The notes: a model not told the origin generated them from the sequence alone. A stretch of 64,000 nucleotides of DNA from Candidatus Pacearchaeota archaeon (GCA_038869895.1 JAWCQE010000001.1:121879-185878), one strand, 5' to 3'; shown: positions 18,751 to 28,460, counted from the stretch's first letter. Made by a program: numbers and translations.

Positions 18751-20607
18751 ATGGTGATTGAAAAAAAAGAAGAAAAATTGAAGAGAAAATTTACAAGTAA
18801 TTACTTTTTAGGTTTTAGTCTGTTTATTTTTTTTATTTTATTTTTTTCATCTTATGTCACGGCGCAGACAACGACAGTATGCTGTGAAAAAACTTTAAAT
18901 GGAGCTTACTGCCAGAATTCCATTCAAAGCCAGTGTGATTCAAGATTTTTAAGTTCACAAACAAGCTGTGATGCGACTTCTTTCTGTCAATTAGGAGTTT
19001 GTTATGATAGTGATGATGGATTATGTATGAATAATGTTCCTCAAAGGGCATGTGAAGAAGCAAACGGATTGTGGACAAGTGATGCAAATCCTCCCCAATG
19101 CAATTTAGGATGTTGTATTCTTGGGCAGCAGGCTTCTTTTACAACTCTTCAAAGATGTAAGAAATTATCTGGAACTTACGGACTTCAAGTGGATTTCAGA
19201 ACAGACATCAAAGACGAAGTTTCTTGTATTGCAGTTGCAAATGCACAAGACATTGGAGCTTGTGTTTTTGAGTCAGAATTTACAAGAACCTGTAAATTTG
19301 TTACAAGAGCTGAATGTGGCACTTCAATGAACTCAACAAATTCAGGAGTAGTTCCTAATACGCAATTTTTCAAGGATTTTTTATGTACTTCAGAACAGCT
19401 TAATACAAACTGCCAGAGAACCTCAAAAACTTCTTGTTTTGAAGGAGAGGATGAAGTTTATTTTATTGATAGCTGTGGGAATAAGGCTAATATTTATGAT
19501 GCTTCAAGAATAAATGATAAAAATTATTGGGAAAAAAGAGTTCCTAAAAGTCAGAGCTGCACTGCCTCTAGGAATTCTAGAAGTTGTGGAAACTGCGATT
19601 ATCTTGAAGGAAGTATTTGTTCTAAAGCTAAAGATTCTGGTGTTAAGCCAGCTTATGGCGAATTTATCTGTAGGGATATAAATTGTTATAGTACTTCAAA
19701 TGGAAAAAATTACAAAAATGGGGAGTCATGGTGTTTTTACGACAATAATAATAAAGGGGATGATAGGGTTGGAAGTAGACATTTTAGGCATATTTGTTTT
19801 ATGGGAGAGGAAATTGTAGAACCATGCGCTGATTATAGGCAAGAAACATGCATTGAAGATTCGATAAATGTTGAGGGCGGTGGAACTTTTCTACAAGCAG
19901 GATGTGTTGTGAATAGGTGGCATGATTGTTTGTTGCAGAAAAGAATTGAAGATTGCCAAAATACTGATTTAAGAGATTGTAAATGGATTCCGGTTTCTGA
20001 AGAACCTGAAGAGATAGCAAAAGGGATAATTGATGCATCTTTAAATAAAATTACAAATGGATTTTCTGGATTATTAATGAATGTTATTGAAAAAGATGAA
20101 AGAGATAAAGGGGCTTGTGTTCCAGATATTGCTCCAGGACTTGAATTTTGGGGGGAGTCGGCGGCATCTCAGTGTGACTTAGTAAGTTCAAGTTGTGTTA
20201 TAACTTATGAAAAGACGTTAATTGGAGGAAAAAAGTGTGTTAAGAATTGCTTTTGTGATATAAAAGAAAACCCACAAACAGCAATTCAGGCATTGAATAT
20301 ATGTTCCTCTATAGGAGACTGCGGACCAGGAGCAAATTATATAGGAAAATTTGTTAATAATGGTTATGAACTAAGAATAGATGACAAAAAAATAGGTCCT
20401 GAACTTAATTTAGGAATTTTTACTGCTTCTCCTGTTCAAAGTGGAAGTCCTGCAAATCCCTCTACAAATCCCTCTTTTGAACAAAGAAGAGAATTTTCAA
20501 CAGCAACACAACAGACATTTCAAACTCAAACCTCAACTGCAACTTCAACAACAGGAAATATTATCAAAGATATAATAACTGAAACATATAAACAACTTGG
20601 AAAATAA
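18751..20607 (+). CDS. Cysteine-rich secreted protein, paralog of the N-terminal half of the giant protein
   Basis: Signal peptide ending ...YVTAQTTTVCC. Cys spacing and blocks align with the 1316-aa protein (CNLGCC, SCGNCxYxLGSIC, EPCADYR). Confidence 0.65.
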   Translation: MVIEKKEEKLKRKFTSNYFLGFSLFIFFILFFSSYVTAQTTTVCCEKTLNGAYCQNSIQSQCDSRFLSSQTSCDATSFCQLGVCYDSDDGLCMNNVPQRACEEANGLWTSDANPPQCNLGCCILGQQASFTTLQRCKKLSGTYGLQVDFRTDIKDEVSCIAVANAQDIGACVFESEFTRTCKFVTRAECGTSMNSTNSGVVPNTQFFKDFLCTSEQLNTNCQRTSKTSCFEGEDEVYFIDSCGNKANIYDASRINDKNYWEKRVPKSQSCTASRNSRSCGNCDYLEGSICSKAKDSGVKPAYGEFICRDINCYSTSNGKNYKNGESWCFYDNNNKGDDRVGSRHFRHICFMGEEIVEPCADYRQETCIEDSINVEGGGTFLQAGCVVNRWHDCLLQKRIEDCQNTDLRDCKWIPVSEEPEEIAKGIIDASLNKITNGFSGLLMNVIEKDERDKGACVPDIAPGLEFWGESAASQCDLVSSSCVITYEKTLIGGKKCVKNCFCDIKENPQTAIQALNICSSIGDCGPGANYIGKFVNNGYELRIDDKKIGPELNLGIFTASPVQSGSPANPSTNPSFEQRREFSTATQQTFQTQTSTATSTTGNIIKDIITETYKQLGK

Positions 20608-22692
20608 ATGGAGAATAAAAAGTTAAGAAGAATGAAAAAAAAGGGAATAAAAAAAAGTGAAGGATTATTTTTAATAGCGAATATTCTTTTAGGGATTTTT
20701 GCCTTTGCGTTTATTATGAACGTTGAAGTTGTTAGAGGGCAGGCGGACGGAGTAGGTTCTAATGGAGATGAGGAGGGGAAAGTTGAGGACCAGAATGGGA
20801 TTGGCAATAAGGGGGGGAAAACAGGGGAAGAAAAAGGATCTAAAAAATTTAAAATAGGTAATTTCACAAAATCAGCAAGTTATATAACAGGAGGACTTGC
20901 GTTAGGACAAATTATAAAAGAACTTGCTGGTGATGAACCATGGGGGGATGCATTAGGGAATGCGTTGGGAGTTGCTGGAGGAGTTTCAGGTTTTTCTAGT
21001 TTATTTCCTGAAAAAACCTTTTTAGGAGGTAATGCTCATTTATTAGGGGTAGGGGCAGGAATACTAACTTTTATTTTAACATACAAGAAAATTGAATATG
21101 AAACTGTTTTTTTTACATGTCAACCATGGGAAGCTCCTATTGGAGGGAATGACTGTGAGAAATGTAATGATGGAGTCCATCCATGTTCTGAATATAGGTG
21201 CAAGAGTTTAGGACAGGCTTGTGATTTAGTTAATAAAGGAACTGAAAAGGAACTCTGCGTCTGGACAAATCCAAGAGATGTAAATAGTCCTTCAATAAGG
21301 CCACTTGAAAGCGCTTTAAGTCCAGGATATAGATATGTTCCTTTAGGGGCAAGGCCTCCTAATTGGGGAACTCAAATAAAACCTTTGGGAGACGATTGTA
21401 TTCCTCCATTTACTCCAATACAATTTGGAATACAAACAGACAAACCTTCTCAATGTAAGATTGACTTTTTAATTCTTGGAGGAGCGGGAGATGTTGATGT
21501 AAAACCAAAAGGATACGATGATATGAAATTCTTTTTTGGCATGAGTAATTTATATGATTATAATCATATTCAATCTTTGAGCTTGCCAAGTCCTAATACT
21601 ATAAATAAAGTTGATGAATTAAGGCAGAATGAAACAGGAGGTTTAGAAATACAAAATGATGGCATATATAACTTATATGTGCGATGTAGAAGTGCGAATG
21701 GATTTTATAATGCAGACCCTTATAAAATAAATTTCTGTGTTCAGAAAGGGCCAGACTTAACTCCTCCAGAAATTGTTGAAACAAGCATAAGAAACGGACA
21801 GCCTATAAACTTTGAAGCGGATAATGTAACTTTAAGTGTATTTACAAACGAACCTGTAAATTGCAAATGGTCAAGAGATAATGATTTAAGTTTTGAGAGT
21901 ATGAATAATGAAATGATATGCGCTAATAACCTTCAGGATATAAGAAATAATATGCTTTATGAGTGTAGAACTAGATTGACTGGAATAAAAGATAGGCAGG
22001 ATAATTTATTTTATTTCAGATGTGAAGACCAGCCTTGGGAATCTCCAAGCAATAGAAATAAAATGTCTAGAGGATATCAATTTGTCTTAAAAGGAACACA
22101 GCCTTTGAATATTAAACAAGATTCAATAAAGCCAATATCAGGGAGCATTTTAACAGGAGCGACTTCAACAATTCCTATAACTCTGGAAGTTGAAACTCAA
22201 AATGGATTTAATGAGGGAGAATCTGTTTGTCTTTATAGTTTGAATAATGAAACTTTCATAAGATTTTTTGAAACAAATTCATTTAAGCACAAGCAGACTC
22301 AAGATTTAACTCAGGGAGAATATACTTATTATATAAGATGTGTGGATTTAGGAGGAAATCAAGATTATGGTATTACAACTTTCAGTGTTTTTGTTGACAC
22401 TCAAGCACCATTAATTACAAGAGTCCTAAATGATAATAATAAACTTAAGATAATTACAGATGAGGAAGCAGTATGTAGATATACAAATGATATAAATACA
22501 AGATGCAATTTTGACATTAACGAGGGAGAGGGAAATCCAATGCAATATCCTTCTCAAAATCAGAGAAAAGAACATCTTGCAATGTGGAATACAAAAGAGA
22601 CTTATTATATCAAATGTATGGATATTAACAATAGACAACCGAATCCGACAGAATGTTCAATAATTGTTCGTCCTGTTGAGTTAAGAGAATAA
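20608..22692 (+). CDS. Membrane-anchored Ig-like repeat protein, paralog of the C-terminal half of the giant protein
   Basis: Starts immediately after the stop of the previous gene. It has an N-terminal TM and a Gly-rich hydrophobic segment. CQPWEAPIGGNDCEKCNDG...PCSEYRCKSLG, NFCVQKGPD and DTQAPLITRV match the C-half of 13972..17898. Confidence 0.65.
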   Translation: MENKKLRRMKKKGIKKSEGLFLIANILLGIFAFAFIMNVEVVRGQADGVGSNGDEEGKVEDQNGIGNKGGKTGEEKGSKKFKIGNFTKSASYITGGLALGQIIKELAGDEPWGDALGNALGVAGGVSGFSSLFPEKTFLGGNAHLLGVGAGILTFILTYKKIEYETVFFTCQPWEAPIGGNDCEKCNDGVHPCSEYRCKSLGQACDLVNKGTEKELCVWTNPRDVNSPSIRPLESALSPGYRYVPLGARPPNWGTQIKPLGDDCIPPFTPIQFGIQTDKPSQCKIDFLILGGAGDVDVKPKGYDDMKFFFGMSNLYDYNHIQSLSLPSPNTINKVDELRQNETGGLEIQNDGIYNLYVRCRSANGFYNADPYKINFCVQKGPDLTPPEIVETSIRNGQPINFEADNVTLSVFTNEPVNCKWSRDNDLSFESMNNEMICANNLQDIRNNMLYECRTRLTGIKDRQDNLFYFRCEDQPWESPSNRNKMSRGYQFVLKGTQPLNIKQDSIKPISGSILTGATSTIPITLEVETQNGFNEGESVCLYSLNNETFIRFFETNSFKHKQTQDLTQGEYTYYIRCVDLGGNQDYGITTFSVFVDTQAPLITRVLNDNNKLKIITDEEAVCRYTNDINTRCNFDINEGEGNPMQYPSQNQRKEHLAMWNTKETYYIKCMDINNRQPNPTECSIIVRPVELRE

Positions 22693-22848
22693 GATTAAAA
22701 GTCCATATTATAAAGAGAAATCTGATGAAGTCAAGTTTTGTTTGTTATAATTTATAATTGAACGAAGTTCCTTCTTATACGAACTAATTAAGTGGCAATA
22801 TTATAAAAAATATATAAAGGATTACAATATTTTCATTTGTGAGAATAA

Positions 22849-23541
22849 TCAAGCAAGATAATCTATAGTTAGTTTTGGTGCTATATCTAGTAAGCCAGTT
22901 CTTTGGGCAAGTTCCCTAGAAATAAATCCCACTCCGTGGTCATCGCCGCCATACCCATCATCAATGTCTCTCCCTTTAATAGTGAATCCGTAATTTGGTT
23001 CTCCAGCAACCCAACCTCGGACAGCTTGTTTAACATCCCAGTTATGGACTCTTCCATCTAAAATAATTCTTGAAGAAGAAATAAATTCCATATGATTAAA
23101 AGAAGAATTATGAGTTAAACCTCCTTCTTGCCAAGGATTTAAGGTAAGTTTATCAATATCTACTGTAGCTATTGGTTGTATACGGGACGCTGTTATTACA
23201 GAACTCATGGAAAAAATTGCACTATCAATCCTTGCATTTCTTGGGATACTTGAAACGTCAAATTTTACATACCCTCTAAAACTTGCACTACGTTGTGGAG
23301 TGTGGATTTCACCAGTTTGTATAATATCTTCTCTTCCGTAATTTGTTGCAGGATTTTCAGAACTTGTATAAGTATCTCCAATGGCATATAAAACAATGGA
23401 ATGGAACTCTCCGTTTCCACCTCCTCCTCCGCCTCCGTCTCCCCCTCCAGGGTTGCTAGAAGGACAACCTGCTATTATCCAGTAGCCTGCTAATCCTAAA
23501 GTTTTTAAAATTTCCCTTCTTGTAATTATATCCCCCTTCAT
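22849..23541 (-). CDS. Putative Tat-secreted lipoprotein (poly-Gly linker), function unknown
   Basis: N-terminal TRREILKTLGLAGYWIIAGC combines a twin-arginine motif with a lipobox-like Cys. A GGGDGGGGGGGNG linker follows. Confidence 0.45.
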   Translation of the reverse strand: MKGDIITRREILKTLGLAGYWIIAGCPSSNPGGGDGGGGGGGNGEFHSIVLYAIGDTYTSSENPATNYGREDIIQTGEIHTPQRSASFRGYVKFDVSSIPRNARIDSAIFSMSSVITASRIQPIATVDIDKLTLNPWQEGGLTHNSSFNHMEFISSSRIILDGRVHNWDVKQAVRGWVAGEPNYGFTIKGRDIDDGYGGDDHGVGFISRELAQRTGLLDIAPKLTIDYLA

Positions 23542-23838
23542 TTTTTTATTTAAAATTAAGAGTTTAAATATTTTTCCTTTTGATGTGGTTTGTAAAGTAA
23601 ATCCTTAAATCAAGTTACTTTTTTTACAAAGGGTAATTATTTTACGAAACTTATTCAGATGAATTGTAAATGAATCTTCAAATTTGATTTTATTTATAGG
23701 GCAATATCGATATCTTACAAATAGCAAGATTAGATAAGGTATTTTTATCAATATTAAATTTATTTATATATTATAGAAATTACAAATTTTACTATTTATT
23801 TTATACTTTTAAGTATAATTAATTATTATAAATAGAAT

Positions 23839-24969
23839 CTATTCTGTTCTAAAATGATGTTCTATATATTCAACCATCTCGCGAGCTGAAAGTTTAACAC
23901 TTGCTGGCCCATTTCTTATGTAAAATTCCTCTTCATTTTGAAATTTTACAAAAACAGGCTTTTTTGATTTTTGACATTCAATCTTTAGAACATGTTTATC
24001 ATCTACTGGAAAGAGTTCAAATTCAATAAAATGGAGATATTCATTTCCTATGTATTTTTTAAGAAGATTTGTGAAATGAAGATTTAGCGAATCATTATCT
24101 TTGAAATTATCCTTTTCCAATCCACATATTTTTCCATTGTCATTTACTCCTATTAATAATGTTCCTCCTTCTGTATTGAGAAAAGCAGAAATAGTTTTTA
24201 TTGTAGAATATTCGATTTTGCTATCAATCTCATTTGTATGAAGATTTGTCCTTAATGTTGATTTAAATTCGAGATTTTTTGATTCTCCAACACTTATTAT
24301 TTTTTTTATTTCATCAGAAGATTCTTCCAAAGTATTTCTAATTCTAAAAAATCGCTTATATCTCTCAATTTGTTTTGAAACAAACTTAGAGATTATTTTT
24401 ATTTCTCCATTTTGTATATATGAATATCCGATTAGTGATATTATAAACGCCCCGAATGTGTTTGTTATAATGTCTTTCATTGTGTCAATATTGGACTTTT
24501 GCATTTTGAATCCAAAGAGATTGTCAATTGAAAATTCAATTATTTCCCATAATACCCCTACAGCAATTGTAAAACAGAAAGTCAGGAATGAAATAATCAA
24601 TGGATTTGCTTTTATTTTCCTATCCCTATACAGAGCATATAATATAATAAGTCCGACAATTCCAAGAACGCTTGCTGCAATAAGATTAAGGGCAATATCC
24701 CACCACCAAAACTCAGCAAAAAATCCTCTCACTTCACTTAGAAAAAGGATTCCATAAATTGATAGTATGATTATTATTTCATAAATCGCAGGAAAATTAA
24801 CTCCAAGCGTTTTCAATACTTTTGGAACAAATGTTGCAACAAATCCTATTAACGAAAAGACCATTACAAGATTTCTTCCATAATAAATTGAACTTATGAA
24901 GGCTAAAGCAAGGAGCCCTCTTATTAAATTAATCACCAAAAATTTAACTTTCTCTCTTTCCTCTCCCAT
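23839..24969 (-). CDS. Membrane protein with C-terminal AlbA_2/Schlafen-like (divergent AAA) domain
   Basis: ~6 TM helices in the N-terminal half. The C-terminal half (ESKNLEFKSTL...FLNTEGGTLLIGVNDNGKICGL) resembles the AlbA_2 putative nucleic-acid-binding domain. Confidence 0.45.
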   Translation of the reverse strand: MGEEREKVKFLVINLIRGLLALAFISSIYYGRNLVMVFSLIGFVATFVPKVLKTLGVNFPAIYEIIIILSIYGILFLSEVRGFFAEFWWWDIALNLIAASVLGIVGLIILYALYRDRKIKANPLIISFLTFCFTIAVGVLWEIIEFSIDNLFGFKMQKSNIDTMKDIITNTFGAFIISLIGYSYIQNGEIKIISKFVSKQIERYKRFFRIRNTLEESSDEIKKIISVGESKNLEFKSTLRTNLHTNEIDSKIEYSTIKTISAFLNTEGGTLLIGVNDNGKICGLEKDNFKDNDSLNLHFTNLLKKYIGNEYLHFIEFELFPVDDKHVLKIECQKSKKPVFVKFQNEEEFYIRNGPASVKLSAREMVEYIEHHFRTE

Positions 24970-25159
24970 CTTTTTTTAAAAATTTTTTAGTATAAATAAA
25001 TATTGGAATTGATAAAATGGTGCAATCAATAATTTTTTTAAATGCCCCTAATTTTTTTATAAATTAATCTATGAAATTTGATATGCAGGCTTAAATCTAA
25101 TATTTAATGATATATAAGATAAAAAGGTTTAATAATATGATTTTATTTTAGAATAATTA

Positions 25160-25648
25160 ATGAAAAGAGGACAATTTCAACTTGGATTTGGAATGATTTT
25201 CTCTATTATATTGATAATTGCATTTATAATTGTTGCATTTATTGCTTTCAAAGCTTTTTTTGGAGTGAGGTGTTCTACTGAACAAGGAAGATTTATTTAT
25301 GAACTTCAGAATGAAATTGACAGGATATGGAAAGGCTCGGGCGAGGATAGGATTAAGGAATTTAAAATTTTAGGATGTGATTTTGATTATGTTTGTTTTT
25401 GGGATCCAAATGTTCCTTCAAGAGGAAATTTCAGAACTTTTGAAGACGATTTCAGTATTTTTACAGGAGATGAAGGAAACCATAATTTATATTTTTATCC
25501 AAGAAAAAAAGTAGAAATTTCTTCAACCTTGATAAAGCATATTAATATGGATTTTAGAGAGAATCCTGTATGTTTTAGAAACGAGGAGAATTCTGTTAAA
25601 ATAAGACTCAGCAAAAACATTGACGAAGATTTAGTAAGAGTCTCATAA
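25160..25648 (+). CDS. Pilin-like protein (class III signal peptide)
   Basis: N-terminal MKRGQFQLGFGMIFSIILIIAFIIVAFIAF. Confidence 0.55.
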   Translation: MKRGQFQLGFGMIFSIILIIAFIIVAFIAFKAFFGVRCSTEQGRFIYELQNEIDRIWKGSGEDRIKEFKILGCDFDYVCFWDPNVPSRGNFRTFEDDFSIFTGDEGNHNLYFYPRKKVEISSTLIKHINMDFRENPVCFRNEENSVKIRLSKNIDEDLVRVS

Positions 25649-25649
25649 A

Positions 25650-26600
25650 ATGAATAAAAATGGTTTTGAGTTCAGCTTTGCATGGCTGTTTGCGATAATT
25701 GCTGGTGCAGCTGTGCTTTTTCTTGCAATTTTTTTTGCAACAAAATATGTTTCAACAAGCGAATTTGAAATTAATACAAAAATTGCAGCCGAATTTGTAA
25801 ATGTTCTTAATCCTTTGCAAACAAGTGTTTATGATTCATCTGCAATAAATGTATTTCTCCCATCTGAAGCGAGAATTTTTACTTCATGCGATAGTGGAGG
25901 AAATTTTGGAAGAAGTATTGTAACTTTTTCCGAAAAAATAGGTTTTGGTGAAAAATTTTCAAGGGCAGGCAATCCAATCTCAACTGAAAATTCATATTTA
26001 TTTGCTGAAAATATTATTGAAGGAAAAAAGATTAATTTTCTTGTTTTCTCTTTAAAAATGCCTTACAAAATTGGGGATATTCTTATAGCTTATTCTGATT
26101 CTTACTGCTTTGTAAATGCCCCAAGAAATATTGAGAGAGAACTTGGAGATTTAACAGAAGGAAATAGTTTTGATGTCATATTCACTTCAAATAAAAATGC
26201 CTGTCCTGAAAGTAAGCCTGTGTGTTTTGGAGGTTTTGAATGTGATATAAATGTAAGATGCAACGACAATGAATGTTTAAGTGGATTTGTAAGAAAGGAT
26301 GGAATGGATAATTATTTTACTGGAAAACTTTTATACGGAGCGATATTTTCGTCAAGGGAAAATTATGAGTGTAATGTTAAGAGATTAATGAAGAGGCTTG
26401 AATCAGTTAGCACTATTTATTCTAAAAAATCCCAGTTTATAGCTTCAAGAGGATGCACTAATACAAATTTGCTTCCATTAATTGAATCTCTTAGAGAATC
26501 TTCTGGAGAATTTGAAAGGCTTGAAAACCTCCCACAAATTTCCTCTATTGCAGACGAAGTAAATGAAAAAAATAAATATCTTGAATGCCAGTTATTTTAA
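25650..26600 (+). CDS. Pilin-like protein
   Basis: N-terminal hydrophobic helix FEFSFAWLFAIIAGAAVLFLAIFF. It is tightly linked to the neighbouring pilin-like genes. Confidence 0.45.
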   Translation: MNKNGFEFSFAWLFAIIAGAAVLFLAIFFATKYVSTSEFEINTKIAAEFVNVLNPLQTSVYDSSAINVFLPSEARIFTSCDSGGNFGRSIVTFSEKIGFGEKFSRAGNPISTENSYLFAENIIEGKKINFLVFSLKMPYKIGDILIAYSDSYCFVNAPRNIERELGDLTEGNSFDVIFTSNKNACPESKPVCFGGFECDINVRCNDNECLSGFVRKDGMDNYFTGKLLYGAIFSSRENYECNVKRLMKRLESVSTIYSKKSQFIASRGCTNTNLLPLIESLRESSGEFERLENLPQISSIADEVNEKNKYLECQLF

Positions 26601-27125
26601 ATGAAAGATAAAAAAGCCCAATTAAAGATAAAGCAGATGATTTTTATGCTTCTAGCTCTAACTATTTTTTTTGTTCTTGTTGCTTTGTTTTTTATCTCAA
26701 TAAAATCAATTAACCTTGAGAAAGAGGTTGTTGAATTAAAAAGAGATAGAGCTTCTAACTTAGTTGAAAAACTTTCTTCAACTCCGGAATTTATATTTGA
26801 AAACAAACCAAATTCAATTGATGCAGATAAACTTATTATCCTTCAAAGTGAAAGTATATATAGAACGAGAACGGATTCGACTTTTTGGGGAGTTGAGGGG
26901 ATAATAGTAAGAAGAATTTATCCGAAAGAAAGAGAGATTGAATGCACTAAATTTAACTATCCTGAATGTAATATTATCAAACTTTTTACAGAAAAAAATA
27001 CAAGTCCAACTTCAAGTTTCGTTTCATGGTGTAGAAAACAAAGTCTTGAAGGAAGGACGTATGATAAATGCGAACTTGCAGAACTTATGATAATTGAGGA
27101 AAAAATAAATGAAGCTCAAGACTAA
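26601..27125 (+). CDS. Pilin-like protein
   Basis: N-terminal KDKKAQLKIKQMIFMLLALTIFFVLVALFF. Confidence 0.5.
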   Translation: MKDKKAQLKIKQMIFMLLALTIFFVLVALFFISIKSINLEKEVVELKRDRASNLVEKLSSTPEFIFENKPNSIDADKLIILQSESIYRTRTDSTFWGVEGIIVRRIYPKEREIECTKFNYPECNIIKLFTEKNTSPTSSFVSWCRKQSLEGRTYDKCELAELMIIEEKINEAQD

Positions 27126-27609
27126 AAAATCGCAGGAAGAAATAGTCGGGTTTGTTTTAATAGTTGTCCTTATTGCTATTATCGGAGTTATATTTTTAGG
27201 GATATCCTTAAGAAAGGATTCAGGTAAGGTTAATGAAAGCCAAAAAATTGCAAGCCTTATAACTTCAATATCTCATTTGACAACTCAGTGTCAGATAAAT
27301 TCAAATTTCCAAGATGTAAGTGATTTAATAAATGGGTGTGCTAATAGAAGAATTTGCGATGATTCAAAGCCTACTTGTGAAGTCTTAAAAACCACTCTTG
27401 ATGAGGTTATGAAAGCAAGTTATGTTGTAACTGATAAAAGCTTTACAACACATTATAATTTAACAATAAATAATAAATTTGATAATACTATTTTAATAGA
27501 GCCGGTAATTTCAGGAAAAGTTGAAAGATGTCTTGGAAGAAAACTCGTAAATGAAAAAAATTTTGGCAGAGATTTATCAATGAGGATTGAAGTCTGTTTT
27601 AATGAATAA
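27109..27609 (+). CDS. Pilin-like protein
   Basis: N-terminal KTKKSQEEIVGFVLIVVLIAIIGVIFLGI. Confidence 0.5.
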   Translation: MKLKTKKSQEEIVGFVLIVVLIAIIGVIFLGISLRKDSGKVNESQKIASLITSISHLTTQCQINSNFQDVSDLINGCANRRICDDSKPTCEVLKTTLDEVMKASYVVTDKSFTTHYNLTINNKFDNTILIEPVISGKVERCLGRKLVNEKNFGRDLSMRIEVCFNE

Positions 27610-27661
27610 TTCATTAAACTTGAAATGTTGCTGGAACTCTAAGAAACCCGCTGGAGGTTTG

Positions 27662-28015
27662 TTAAATTCGCACAATAATGTTAATAGTATTGGCAGTCAA
27701 CACTGGCTTATGAGTTATCCTTCCGTTATGTTGTTCTGCTACTAAATCAATTAAGCCAAATTTTCTTAATAAAAGGACATCCTCTCTTAATGTTTTGAAA
27801 TCTCTATTTAATATTTTTGCTAAAGAGTAAAGGGATTTTGGTTGTTTCATTTTGATTGTATGTAATAATCTTGCTTTTTCATTACTTAGTAACTTCCTCA
27901 ATATTGATAAATCTTTAATGTTATAATCTTCTTTACTTCCTGTGAATTTTCTAAACACAGAGGCAAATGTCCCAGCTTTCTCGTATATATCTATTATCCT
28001 TGTTTTGTCAACCAT
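27662..28015 (-). CDS. Winged-helix transcriptional regulator
   Basis: 117 aa with a C-terminal wHTH-like segment (LYSLAKILNRDFKTLREDVLLLRKFGLIDLV). It is convergent with the pilin-like cluster. Confidence 0.5.
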   Translation of the reverse strand: MVDKTRIIDIYEKAGTFASVFRKFTGSKEDYNIKDLSILRKLLSNEKARLLHTIKMKQPKSLYSLAKILNRDFKTLREDVLLLRKFGLIDLVAEQHNGRITHKPVLTANTINIIVRI

Positions 28016-28460
28016 TTTTTTTGCCTTGTATTTCCATTTTTATTTTCTTTGGCTAAATTTTTTCACCAATAAATTTAATTATTTTATATATGGTTTTCTT
28101 TGCCATATATATTTAATTTCTTTATAAATTAAATTATTATTTTATTATATATGGTTACAAAAACCATATACCTATATAAATGTTTCTTTTTATTTATTGA
28201 AAAATCTGTCTTCTTATATAATAGTAACATAATATTTATAAATAACTGGCTAAAAAGAGGGGACTTTAGAATATTTTAGAGAAAAACTTTATAAATGGGT
28301 TTTTCTTGTATCTTTTGTCGTGCCGATGACAAGCTTTGGCTTTTGCTTTAGCTTATAATTGCTCAAGGTAATTGAACAATGAGAAAATAAAATTGCCTTG
28401 GGGATGCCGATACCTAAATTGGTATTGACAAATGATTAAAATAATGAAAGGAGGTTTAAT

